From: Setoptus koraiensis
Taxonomy: Eukaryota > Animalia > Arthropoda
Direction: 5' to 3'
Assembly (NCBI GenBank): GCA_048013815.1
Contig: CM106586.1
Location: 23,064,001 to 23,128,000 of the forward strand
Length of the DNA: 64,000 nucleotides
Positions 1 through 12,184 of the stretch are shown in pieces (the stretch's first letter is position 1; each line of letters opens with the position of its first letter). Below the pieces are notes generated by a model. That model was given only the letters and a program-made list of their open reading frames with translations, made no database searches and was not told the DNA's origin. A program made the translations under genes and the position numbers.

Positions 1-3000
1 AGAGACACATCAGTAGCGTCTGGCTGCATTGAGATATTCCGATCTGACAATGTGATCGCAGTCGCCGTCTCGATGCGGGCCACACACGAGCCAAGGCGCG
101 CACGCAACAATGTAACGGATTATCCGCAACACGGTGGATAAGTGCGAAAAAATGTTTCGCAACATCTCGCAAAGTGCCGGCCGGCCGACAAGTGCGTCTC
201 GCTTAACTCGCGTTTGCGCTCGCTGTTGTGACGACGCTGTTGTGACGCCCGACACTGTCGACATAACGGTGGCATTATTGTGTCGTTGTGGCATTGTCAG
301 TGCGAGCCATTGTAATACAACGATTGTATCATTGTGTCAAGAGGAGAGCGTGACGCAACAGCGCATACACTTGTCACTGTTGCAACTGTTGTAACGGCCC
401 GCTCCTGTTTTGCATTTGCACTTGGCGTCGTTGCACTTCTCGTCGCCAGGCGGCCAACATAACATCGGCGCCCGCATCGCAAACCCGGCCTCATCACTTG
501 ACAGTTTGGCCCGGCGTCGCTTGCCAATTTGGCCTGGGCACGCTCAACAATTTCGCCTGGCCACGCTTGGCAATTTGCCAACAATTTGGCTGGCTGACTG
601 TGCAATTGGCGGCCAATTATTGGCCCACTTGACAACCGGCGGATCGCCGGTATGTGCAAATATCTGTCGGATGTTTGCTGCTCACTGCACGCACCGCTGT
701 AGCCACCATGATCGCGCCACGGTTGCCGTGCTCGCTGAGCTGCGTGGGAGTCACGCAGTTCGGCGGATATTCGCGGATATTCGCAAACATTGGCGGATAT
801 TGGCGAGCGCTCTCAAATCATTTGAGTCAAATGCTCGCACATGTTGGCATCTCGGGTGTCACATGTGCTCACAGTGAGAGCCAGTCTTGACAGCATTTAT
901 CTCGATTGTGACGCCGGTGGCGATGGCGCCAAATAGAGCGCGCAAATCGTTTCCGGCGATGCCGTCAATAACGAAGGCAGACTGATAAAAAATGCATTTA
1001 TCACTTGGGTTGTCGCGGCAGCCGGCCGACTGACCGGCCGACTGACCAGCCGACTGACCAGCCGACTGACTAGCTGACTAGCTGGCGATACTGGCGATCA
1101 GCTGATATGATCGCTGGCAAAACCGCTATATTTGCATCGGCAAGCAGCACACAACTTTGGCACACACTTTTGACACACGTTTAGCCAACGCGACCTTGCC
1201 CACTGAGCCACTCACCTGGCCTGGCTAGCTCACCTGGCTCACCCAGCTCGCTTAGCTCATCAAGCTCGTCAAGCTCATCGGGCTCACCTGGCGCGCAGCT
1301 CCAAACACTGGAGCCATGCAACATTGTTGCGCAACCAGTGGCTGCACAGTGGCCGCCTAGCTGACTGACAATTGTGAGAGCCGGCTGACAGTGTCACAGG
1401 TGAGTCACAAGTCAGTGGGCAAGGTGACAGCAGCGTAAGAGGAAACTGCAAGCGACAACCGTTATTTCCGTGTGTACAAGATTTAATAATAATGTCAAGG
1501 TATGTCAACTTGTGCCCCACTGGGTGTGTTTGTTTCTGGCCACGAGAGGGCGCTGCTCGACGCTCAATACTCGCAACAGTGGTCACAAGCTCGACAATTG
1601 TGAGCCGCCAGTACGCGCTCACAATTCAGTCAGTACCCCGTGACCCGTTATCCCGTGCTCACCTGTCGCCTGCAACAGGTGAGCACGTACAAACTGCCAG
1701 CTATGCTAACTGTAATTATTATCAGTAATGAACTATATGTTACATGTGTGTGTGTGTGTGTCATTATACATACACAAACATACTGTTAGTATATTGCGCA
1801 ATGCTCGCAATCTGCCAACAGGTACAGGTGCAATATAAAATAATAGCGTCGTGTGTTTTAGCGGCTATTAACGGCAACGGGCAGCGATGGGCACGAACGG
1901 TCGCGCCGGCCGAGGCCAACGAACAGATCATGATTGGAATACTAAATTAGCCACACTAATACCGTTAATCTGTTCGTCCGTTTATTTGCTGCTCGTCGCT
2001 CTGTCGCCATTCTGTGTGTTGTGTCGTTGTTGTCGTTGTTGTCGTTCCGTCGCTTTGTTGCTGTTGCTGTTGTGTCATGTCGCTGTCATTGTTGTGCCGC
2101 CGATTGGGCCTGTCGATTGGCGCCGCGAACCGTGCGACACTGGCAAAGAGCACAAAACAAACAACAGTTTGCACGCTTGTCTCATTAGCGGTGACCGTCA
2201 ACGCGAGCACCGGCCAACCAGCCAACAAATTGTTGAATCGGTTAAATTGTTTTATCGGTCTAATGGCTACAAGTGGCCAAAAGCCGTCGTTGTGTCGCAA
2301 CCCAGCGAGCGCTGTCGATGTCAGCTGACGTCAGTTGTGTCGACGTCAGTTGACGTCAGTTGTGTCGATGTCGGTTGTGGCCAGCTCATTCCGGCCAGCG
2401 GTGGCCAGAATGAGCTGGCCGGTCGGCGGGCGGCTCGTAATTGGGCTCGTTTAGGCATAAATGACAATGTCATTGTCATTTGTGCCCGTGTGTCGCTCGG
2501 GCTCGCCCGCTTTGGGCCGGCCCGCTTTGGGCTCACTCGCTCCGGGCTTGCTGGCCGCGGGCCCGCACTCGACAAGCCCGCGGCCAGCAAGCCCAAAGTG
2601 GCGAGCGCTCGGACAGCGTTTGGCCGGGCAGCGTTTGGCCGGGCAGCGGCGGGCGGCGGCGGGCGGGCAGCGCGACAGGTGAAGTGGCTGCGAGAGCGGT
2701 GGCCAGCGTGGCCAGCGTCGTGCGGGGTGACCTTCAACTGGCAGCAGCTCGCTAATGGCAAGTTGAGCGGTCGTCGCCGACAAATGACAACTCGCAACCG
2801 ACATGCAACTAGCAAGCAGCCGACAACCGACCAACAACAACCAACAACAACCAACAACAACCAACTAATAACCACTAATGGCGAGCCAATCGCGTCGATG
2901 CTCATCGCGGTCGCTATGAGATTAGCTATTAGATATAATGGAATGTTTGCGGCGAGATGCGACACTCTGGCTCCATGTTAGACACGGCGACAAGTCGCTC

Positions 3001-5659
3001 TTTCGACACACCTTGTCAGGCATGGCTGACTGTGGTTGCGCAACGCCGTCACTCTCTCTCTCTCTCTCTCTCTGGCTGGCCCGGCTCTCTCTCTGGCAAT
3101 TAATTGGGAGCCGGCGACGGTGTTGTCACAACACTGTTGGCTAATGGCTAATGGCGCTCACAGTGCAACGACAAGTGCACCGAGCGCAATCTGATGAGCC
3201 GCCGATCGAGTTAATCAAGTGCAGCCCGCAGTTCGCAGCCGATTCTGCGCTCGTTCTCTGTTTATCGCTGTTTATTATGTTTATATCTGCTTAATATGTT
3301 TGAATCTGTTCTTTATTATGTTTATATCTGTTCATCATGTTCAGTCGGCGGCTGCGGCGCTGGCACGGGCATCGGCAATGAAAGTGTCAGCTACCGATAA
3401 TGGTCGCTCGAGTGCGCCGCCGCCGCCGCCGATCGAGCCGGCAGCGGCTTCTGCCAACGAACAGCCCAACACGCCAGACGAATCTCGCAAATCTCGAGCC
3501 GCTTGAGTCAGGCGAGATCGCACAAACACTCGCTAGTTCGGCGCTTCGTTTTGCGCGGCGCTGCTGGGCGTCGGTCGCGCCGAACAGCGAAAAATCAGCG
3601 CCAACGAACAGCGAAAAAATCAGTGCGAGCGAACAGCCGAAAAGGCGAAAATGGAAGGCGGAAAAGGGAAAGTCAGCCAGCCGGCGATCGTCATGTGATC
3701 ATTAGAGCCGGCGCTCGGCTGTCGGCCCTCGCAAGCCGGCTGCGAGCGGGCGCTCGATGAAGCGTATCACTTGTTGATATAATCGAATTTGGTCGCTTCG
3801 GCTGCGATCGGATCGAGCGCGCCGAATCGGCCCAGCGTGTGCCGGCAATCGGCTGGCATGCGCCTTCGCCGAGCCGATTCACAAATTGTCAGTGCCACAC
3901 TGACAATCGAAGCCACAATCGAAGCCGAACGTTGCGGCGCACATCGGCCGCGTGTGGGCTTCTTATCGGCTGCTGCCGCCGACGACGACAAGCGGTTGCA
4001 ATTGTCCTCGCCGATTGTTATATCACACACGATATGTTATGTCGGCGGTGAGGGCGCTGATACAATAATTTTATTTTGCGCCGATTTAATAATTCTCTAT
4101 GGCGCCAATTTAATAATTTTGTATCGCGCCAATTCAATAATTTTGTCTTACGCGCTGATTTGATAATTTTGCAGCGCACCGTGATCATAGCGACACCCGG
4201 TCTCTATGATACGAGCAGCTTTGTGTCATGTTGTGTCGCGCTGTGCCGTGTTGTGTCATGTCGTGGAAGTCGCCGTTTCAATGTTCCAATGTCTCAACAA
4301 CAGAAATTACCACTATTGCATCATCAGCGAGTAATAAATCACAACAGCAACAACAACAGCAACAACAACAGCAACAGCGAGTGCACCCAAGGCAGACAGG
4401 TGCATGTTGCAGCGAGTGTCCTTGTAGTCGCTGCGTTTCGAGCGCGTACAAGCTTGTCGCTGTCGCTTTCGTTGTCGTCGTTGCTGTTGTCGCTGTTGTC
4501 GTTGCTGTCGCTGTCGATACATTAATGCTGATGCCGAGCAGGTGAATTATATTTGTGTGTGTGTGTGTGTGTGATGGGTTAATCCATAACTCACACACAA
4601 AATCAGCGTCGCTGGCGTGCACTCTCCACGGCTCACATGGCTCCAATCACGGCTCCAATCGCGGCTCCAATCACGGCTCCAATCACGGCTCATGTCACAG
4701 CTCATGTCTGCTCAATGATAATCATAATTGCATAATTAATTGGCTATGTGTGGCTCCAATAGCGACACGGCGCCCACTACAACGAAAGCCATTCACTCAC
4801 TCGCTGCCACAAATTATCAAATTAAGAAATATTACACAAATTACATAATTGTTCTCGGCGCGCACAAAATAAAATTATCATGCATCTTGTGTCTTTGTGT
4901 GTCATGCAGTCAATTGGAACCATCGATTAACTCTTTTCCATTATCATTTTCGGCCTTATTACTGCCTGTATCACCCCTGTCGCTATCCATTATTACATCT
5001 ATTATCACATCGATTATTACATCTATTATTACATCTATTTTTATATCCATCACTGGCAGTGCTATCTGTATTATCGGTGTATCAACTTGACTATTCATGA
5101 TCGACTGGAGATGTTGCAAACATTCGACGAGTCGAGCCAGTTATTACGCCAACTGTTGCGTAATTTGCTGCGCTCGTTCCGACTGGCAGCGCCAGTTTGC
5201 CAACTATTGTTGGCCATGCCAACCGTGCCCGGTCATGCCTGGCCAAATGCCGGCCCGCCACACGATATTATAATTAATATTATAATTAATATTATTGTCG
5301 ATATTATTGTTATTCCCATGATACATCATACCGTCGATATCGTCACTCGATATGGTCGTATCGAGCGATATCGAGAGATCATGTAAATGCAATATCATCG
5401 GCATGTATCTATGGGCCAACACTAATATGTAATCAGCTCACACTGGCTACTTGTGGGCCACCTCTTGACAAGAGGCTCTTGTGGCCTGACAATGGTTGTC
5501 AGTCACCTGAGTTACCTGAGACAAACGTCGGGTGACAAACGAATAGTGGAGCTGACACGACGCCGAGATTCACACCGCGCATCCCGTAAGCCTGTCATAT
5601 TCACGGTTGAATGTTCCGTGGATGTTCACGTTGCACATCCACGGATTATTCATTCATGT

Positions 5660-5808
5660 TATATTCGCGGGATATTCACGCCAAATTCGTGGGATATTCA
5701 CGACAAATTCGCGGGATATTCATACGATGTTCGCGAGATATTCATACAATATTCGCGGGATATTCACGCCAAATTCGCGGGAAATTCATGCGATATTCAT
5801 GCAATATT
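5660..5808. repeat. Minisatellite, 22-bp unit (GATATTCACGCCAAATTCGCGG consensus), about 6 copies
   Basis: GATATTC recurs at 5671, 5693, 5715, 5737, 5759, with a variant at 5781. Confidence 0.9.
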
Positions 5809-7002
5809 GTTCACAAAATTGTCAAGTGTCGAAACTCGCCTAACGATAACGCATGCACGTAATCACATCATGCTTGTGTGCACTCGGGCTGTCGCAACAG
5901 CTCGCTCAGTGACTGGTGACGAGAGATTGTCTCATTGTTGCCAGGCAACGAAAGCCCGGCCGAGCTGTCAACGACAAACTCGCAAAACCTATTAAATTGG
6001 CGTCGCTCTCGCACAGGTGAGCCGACTCGCACTTGGGACAGGCGCACGTGATTGGCTTCACGTGATATCATTATTGATCCAATAGCCACTCGTGGCTGGC
6101 TGGCGTCGTGTGTGGGTCTCGTTGTCGTTTTGGTCGTTGTCGTTTTTGTGGTGCAGCGACAGTGGTTGTCGGCGGTCGTGCAGCGACTGTCGTTGTCGTG
6201 ACAACGCGGCAACAAGCCAACAAGCTGTTGCTGCAACCAAGAGAGCTAATCAAGCGTCTGCGCGGATAATTAAATACAGGCTCGCTTGTCGCCGCCTCGC
6301 CACTTGTTGCACGCCGGCAATTCTGGCAAACGTTCATTACGGGCACTAATGAATGTCGTCGAATGCGACGAACGTGTCATCGCTTGTCGTCGCGTTTGTT
6401 TGCACTCTCGTCGCATGCAAACAAACAAGCGCCACAATCGAGACTCGCAACATTTACAACATTTACACTAGACTCGACTGTACTCAACAGCACGCTCGCA
6501 TCAATCAATCGCTCGTCAGTCGGCTAATGACAATTAATTAGCGCACACAAACCACTGTGCCCGTGTTCGCGCCACCTTTGCGCCGACGACAGGTGAGCAA
6601 AGGTGAGCAAAGGTGAGCCGTTTTTGGCTGTCACGGCTGTCATTTTGCTGCAAAATTTTTGTGCGCTCGCCGACGCACCTCATCTATGAACGCACAAACC
6701 TGGCGCAGTCTCGACAAGACAATAATCAATCAATGATAACAATTACATAATATTATTAACAACAATGAACGCTGTCAAGCCCGACCGGAAGTCTGCGAAC
6801 GATGTCGCCCTGCGCCACACATCGTTAGACGCACGGCGCACGAATTGCTGGCACAGCCACTGACAGCGCGAGCTGCGCACAGTGAACAGCTCGCCCGGTG
6901 CGCTATTCACATGCTAATGAGAAATGCTAATTAATAATAACTGCGCTAATTGCAAAGTGTCCATTACACCGTTAATTAAGTATCTATGGGTCAGCTACTT
7001 AC

Positions 7003-7315
7003 TGATACTTGTTGGTCTTGATCTTGCGCCACTGGAGGTCGCTCTTGTCGTCCTGTTGCCAGTGGACCACGTCCGCGTTCACCTCGGCAAAAACAAACGC
7101 CGCGTCGTACGCGAACCCGACCTCGCCCTTTCTGATGGCCTCCAACGAGGCCGGTCCCATCTGATACATGCCCATTGAGGTCTCCTGGGGCGTGGCGTCC
7201 ACGGCCTGCCAGCCGCCGTACCCGGGCGGCAGATCCGTGCGCGCCATCCAAGCGTCGGACCAGACGTGAAAGTTCCAAATGCTGTCACTGTTGACGTCGC
7301 TAATGGGGTCGCCCT
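7003..7315 (-). CDS. Tg: Transglutaminase exon 5 (catalytic His and Asp)
   Basis: CGCGCAG|AG GGC GAC; encodes DSIWNFHVWSDAWMARTDLPPGYGGWQAVDATPQE...MGPASLEAIRKGEV...DAAFVFAEVNAD; CA|GTAAGT donor; 313 nt. Confidence 0.96.
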
Positions 7316-10300
7316 CTGCGCGTTTTTGTTGACAAATTATCAGAAAAATTATTAACAAATTGACAAATTAAATTGACAAATTGTTGTTGCGTAACGCGCG
7401 CAATGATACAACAAAGTGAAAGTGACACGTGTTATGATTAGCAATGTGTGTTGTTGTTTTTGTTTTGTCGGAATTCGTTGGGGAATTTTGAGTCTGTGAG
7501 CCTCAATTCAAGTGGGCGACAACAGTGACAAAAATATCAATGAATGACGCAAGCTATCGCGTGTGTGACGCAACAGCCAGTCAACCTGAGCCTGCCTTCA
7601 GCCGGCAGGGGTGCACAACAGGTACTTGGGCATTTGCTGTCGCTGCCTGGGCACTTGTTGTTGTTTGTTGTCGTTATTTGGGCACTTGTTGTTGTCAATC
7701 AGGTATTTGTTGTTGTCGATTGGGGCATTTGGTGTTGTACTTACTTTCTGAGAAGAATTTGTCCACCGTGAGACTGTCGTCTGTGTCGTGGGCGCTCACA
7801 AAGTTGCTCACTGTGCGCGCCGGAATACCCAATGTGCGCAACACTGTCGTTGTGACGCCCGCAAACACCCAACATTGGCCAAATTTCACCGGTTCGCCAC
7901 CAGTCTGTAAATACTTTTCTAGAATTGTCGCACTTCCGGTCCATTGCCAAGGCGCCAGTCCGTCGCCATAGTTACCTGACCAATTGCCCACTAGCAGACC
8001 GTTGTCGTCGTGACTATTCACCATGGCGGACACCGCTCGGGCTACCTTGACCACATTTGAGCGGCCCACAATGTCCAATCGGGTCTTGTCGAGCATAAAC
8101 ATGACGGCGGGCAGCACGGCCTCGTGGAACTGCGCGATCGACATTATTTAGTTATTTAGCAACAGAATTTAGAATTTAAATAATTATTATTAGTATTGTG
8201 TTGTGATTGCAATTGTTGATTATTTGTTTTTGTTGTCAGTATTATTTGATATTATCCGATAGTGTCGACGGTTGATTTTCGGCGGGTCGTCAGAGGGCGC
8301 ATCGCGGGCCCGTCAACGACAAGACAAAGTCGCAAAGTTTACATGTTGTGTGCATTGTAAAGTTGTGCATAAAGTTGTCATGGCGAAGATGTAACTAATT
8401 GTCGATCTCGCTCACTAACAATCCTGTCGGATAACAATTTGCGCATCGCTCGAGGGCCCAATCACCCGATCAGCCGGTAATTGGTATTGAAAGACGACGA
8501 TTCTTTCAATCGCAACAAGTGGCCAACAAGGGCAACAGTCGCCATCCGACACCAGCCACCATCTCGCAGGCAGAGTTGCGATTTCAGTTGTAGTTCGGTT
8601 GTAGTTCTGTTGTAGCTCGGTTGTAGCTCGGTTGTAGTTGGTATAAATCGGTGGCTGGCTCATCTCATCGTGCGCAACTCGGCAAGTTGGCATGCGGGCG
8701 ATACTTTAGTTGAGATATCGACTTGAATTGCGGCCGATCGACAAACTCAACGGCAACATCACGCCAGAAACGAATCAAGCTAATGGAAAAAGTGTGCCGA
8801 ATCGTGCCCAATCGGCGACAACAACAACAGCCAGACAGCCAGTCAGACAGTCAGGCGTCGGGATAACGGGATAACATTATCGGGACACCCAAGACGCATT
8901 ACACTGTCATAAGCAGCGCTAATTTGACAGCAACAACCGCCGATTGTAACGGCGGCGAGCGGCTGAAAAGTTGTTGTGGTTGCACTTTGCGCGCAACAAC
9001 TGCTACGACCACGACGACATGTGTTGTGGGTATGTTGCTGTCGGTCGTTGCTGTCGGTTGTTGTTGTCGGTTGTTGTTGTCGGTTGTTGCTGTCGGTTGT
9101 TGTTGTCGGTTGTTGTTGTCGGTTGTTGCTGTCGGTTGTTGCTGTCGGTTGTTGCTGTCGGTTGTTGCTGTCGGTTGTTGCTGTCGGAATGCGACGGTGG
9201 GACACTTGCCCAGGTGAATGCAAATGTGCGCTCCTCTTGTCGGGCTCAATTCAAGGATCGACGCCAAATGTGAGCGTGCTAATCGATTTCATTGCGCACG
9301 AACTGTCAGTGTCGAACCAAACGGAATATCCAGCCAATAGCAACTATCCGCTCGCTTGCGAGCCAGACATCCGCTGTTGTTGTAAACTATCCACTCGCTT
9401 GTCTGGATAGTTTGCAACAACAACAACAACAGCGACAACGACCAGCCAACAATCGAAAAATCAAGCCGATTCGTTGCCGCCAAATTAACGCTGCCGCCTC
9501 ACAAGTATTGTCAGTCGAGTATCAAGTTATCGAGTCGCTCGCAATGTTAGCCAACTCGTTACCTGTTAATACCTGTTAGCGCTGACAGCGATTCACTTAA
9601 CAACAACAACAGCAACAACAGCAACAACAACGACAACAACAACGACCTCGACAACAGGTGATCGAATGCAAATCGAATGCCCACTGCGCATCCTCTGCAC
9701 TACGCAGTCCGTACTACAGAGTCCGCACAACGGAGTGTGTAGCCCCCCCCCCGCCCGAAATAATTAGCCAGTGGTCACTTTCACTTGCCAGCTTGGCACC
9801 GACGACATCCGAACACTTGACCGAATCTCGATTAAATCAGGCCCAACAAACGGAAAACACGATGGCCAACTCACACAATGAGCACAGGTAACGAGCTTAA
9901 TGAGCAGTGTTAATTTGCATCATGCTTGTGTGTGAGTGTCGATTGCGCAACGCGCTCAAACGTCGTCACTGCTTCACTAGGTCAGATAAGAAGAGAAAAA
10001 AAACGAAGTAAAATGAGGCAATGAGTTCACAAATTCACAACGGACACGCTTGCCGGATGTGCTGACAAACGGCAACAAGGCAACGCAAACAGTGATACTG
10101 TCGTGAACAGTGACACTGTCGTGAATAGCGATACTGTCGTGAATAGCGATATTGTTGTGAACAGTGATACTGTTGTGGATAGTGATACTGCTGTGAATAG
10201 CGATATCATTGTGATATCGGTGGGCCGCCACCAGGCGGCACTGCAGTGACCGGCGGGTGACTTATGCTTGTGCGATCACATGTAACACTACTCTACTGGC

Positions 10301-11235
10301 GAGATATTGCGATTGTTTGCATAATAGTGTCAGTAGAGTCGCGCACTGTCACAACGCAAGCCATCAGCTGGTCCGTCTGACAGGCACAGGTGAGTAACGG
10401 TGCACACACACACACACACAGGTGAGTGGAGTCAAGGTATGTCAATTGGGCCTGTGCGTACTTGGCAAGCCAGTGGTCGCTGTTACACTTAAAATGGAAG
10501 GCGAGTGAATCTCGCAACGCAAGTGTCAATCCTTTGCTTGTCGCGTCGGCGGTGACCATCTCACCTGAGCTCGCCATCGACCGACGAGAGCCGGCCAAAC
10601 GATGACTAAATGATGATTGCACTCGTCGCAACTACCGACTAAACACAACAGCTGGATTAGCGATGAACGGACGCGCTACCTGAGAGGCGAGATTGTTGAA
10701 TTGTTGTTAAGTGACTTGTGTGTGTGTGTGTGTGTGTGTGAGTTTGACAAATCGCATTCGCAAACTTGACTTTGTGTCTCGACTCGAGCGCCACTGGCCA
10801 CAGCATTGGCCGGCACACAAATGGTGAATGGTCAAGTTTAGGCATGGTCAGTTCAGTTTGGTTAGTCGTTAAATTGTATTAAATTGGAGATTTCCGCAAA
10901 GTGATTTTTGGGCTATTTCTGCACGGACAGCAGCACTGGCAACAGGCCGGTTGGCCAGTGCCATGAGGGTATTGTCAATATTGTGGTGCCGTACTCGCCG
11001 AGTCAGCCGACTCGGGCATCCCCGTTGCTACACACACAAAGGCTTACACACAAAAGCTAAGGCTGAGGCTGAAACGGATGAACGGATAATCTGATAATCG
11101 GATGATGTTGCACTAATTGGTGCGCGCTTAACCTTGACCACCGACCAACCACAACAACCGCCGACTGACGAGTGGCCGGCTCGCGAGTTGCGATTCGCGA
11201 AGCAACCAACCAACAAATAACAACAACAACAACGA

Positions 11236-11330
<95 letters not shown>

Positions 11331-12131
11331 ACAACAACAACAACAACAGCAACAACAGCAGCAACAACAACAACAACAGCAACAACGACAGCAACAAGTC
11401 GCTCAACTTGTGTGTTCGGCTGCGTGATTGAATGCCCACCAATTCAACACAACCCCAATTCAGCACTAATCCGGCCTGACACACACGCACACACACACAC
11501 ACACACACGCCAGGTTAGCTGGTGATCATAACATACGCACACACGCACGCACACGGGTTAACCGTCTAAAGATCGCACAGGTGAGAGAAAGCAAGAGCTC
11601 TTGTTAGATCATTGTATTCAGCTCTTGAGCCACTTGTAAACGACAGACGACGGGCCGGCGCAGGTAAAGTAACGGTACAGCACTGGCCAGTGTGTGTGTG
11701 CTTTACCGTCTTGTTGACTCTTGTGAGTGTGGCTCGACACTGTTCGGACAGGTGCGCTGTGTTTGTTCTGTTTTCGCTGTTTGTTCTGTTTTCGCTGTTT
11801 CTTTTCTTTTCGCTTCTCGTTCGCTCGCCGTCCGTTCTCGTTCGTTCCTTTTCTCGTTCGTTCGTTCCTTTTCTCGTTCTGCGTTCCTTGTCTCGTTCTG
11901 CGTTCGCTCACCTGTCGCTCGACTGCGCCCATCGCTCTCGCGTTCTTTTTACGGGTGTGTGTGTGCCTTACCGTTACCTGCAACAAGTGTCCAGACAGCA
12001 CACGCCAATCGCACCCGCATTGGTTGTTGAACTTGTTGTCTAGGTATTATCATAATTATTGTATGATAACAATATTATCATGTCTTCATGTATATATATC
12101 TAATTGTCATTAGTAGACTAATTGTTGCCAA

Positions 12132-12184
<53 letters not shown>

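Noticed and set aside
567-581. Perfect NFI palindrome TTGGC-N5-GCCAA
   Set aside because: Single occurrence in a region saturated with TTGGC/GCCAA words; not distinguishable from chance.
1887-2981. 364-aa plus-strand ORF
   Set aside because: GTG-type start, built from GC-rich and CAA/GTT repeats, no recognisable domain, and lies within a probable intron.
1-7002. Further transglutaminase exons (end of the core and the two beta-barrels)
   Set aside because: I scanned the minus strand for the expected VG..ILTK-type continuation after the phase-2 donor and found none; the exons probably lie beyond the window start.
6924-7971. Alternative-frame and antisense ORFs around 6924-7288 and 7525-7971
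   Set aside because: Shadows of transglutaminase exons 4 and 5.
8843-11525. Poly-Q, poly-T, poly-L and poly-C ORFs (e.g. 8843-9410, 11128-11525)
   Set aside because: Translations of the 13-bp and CAACAG repeats, which lack stop codons in several frames.
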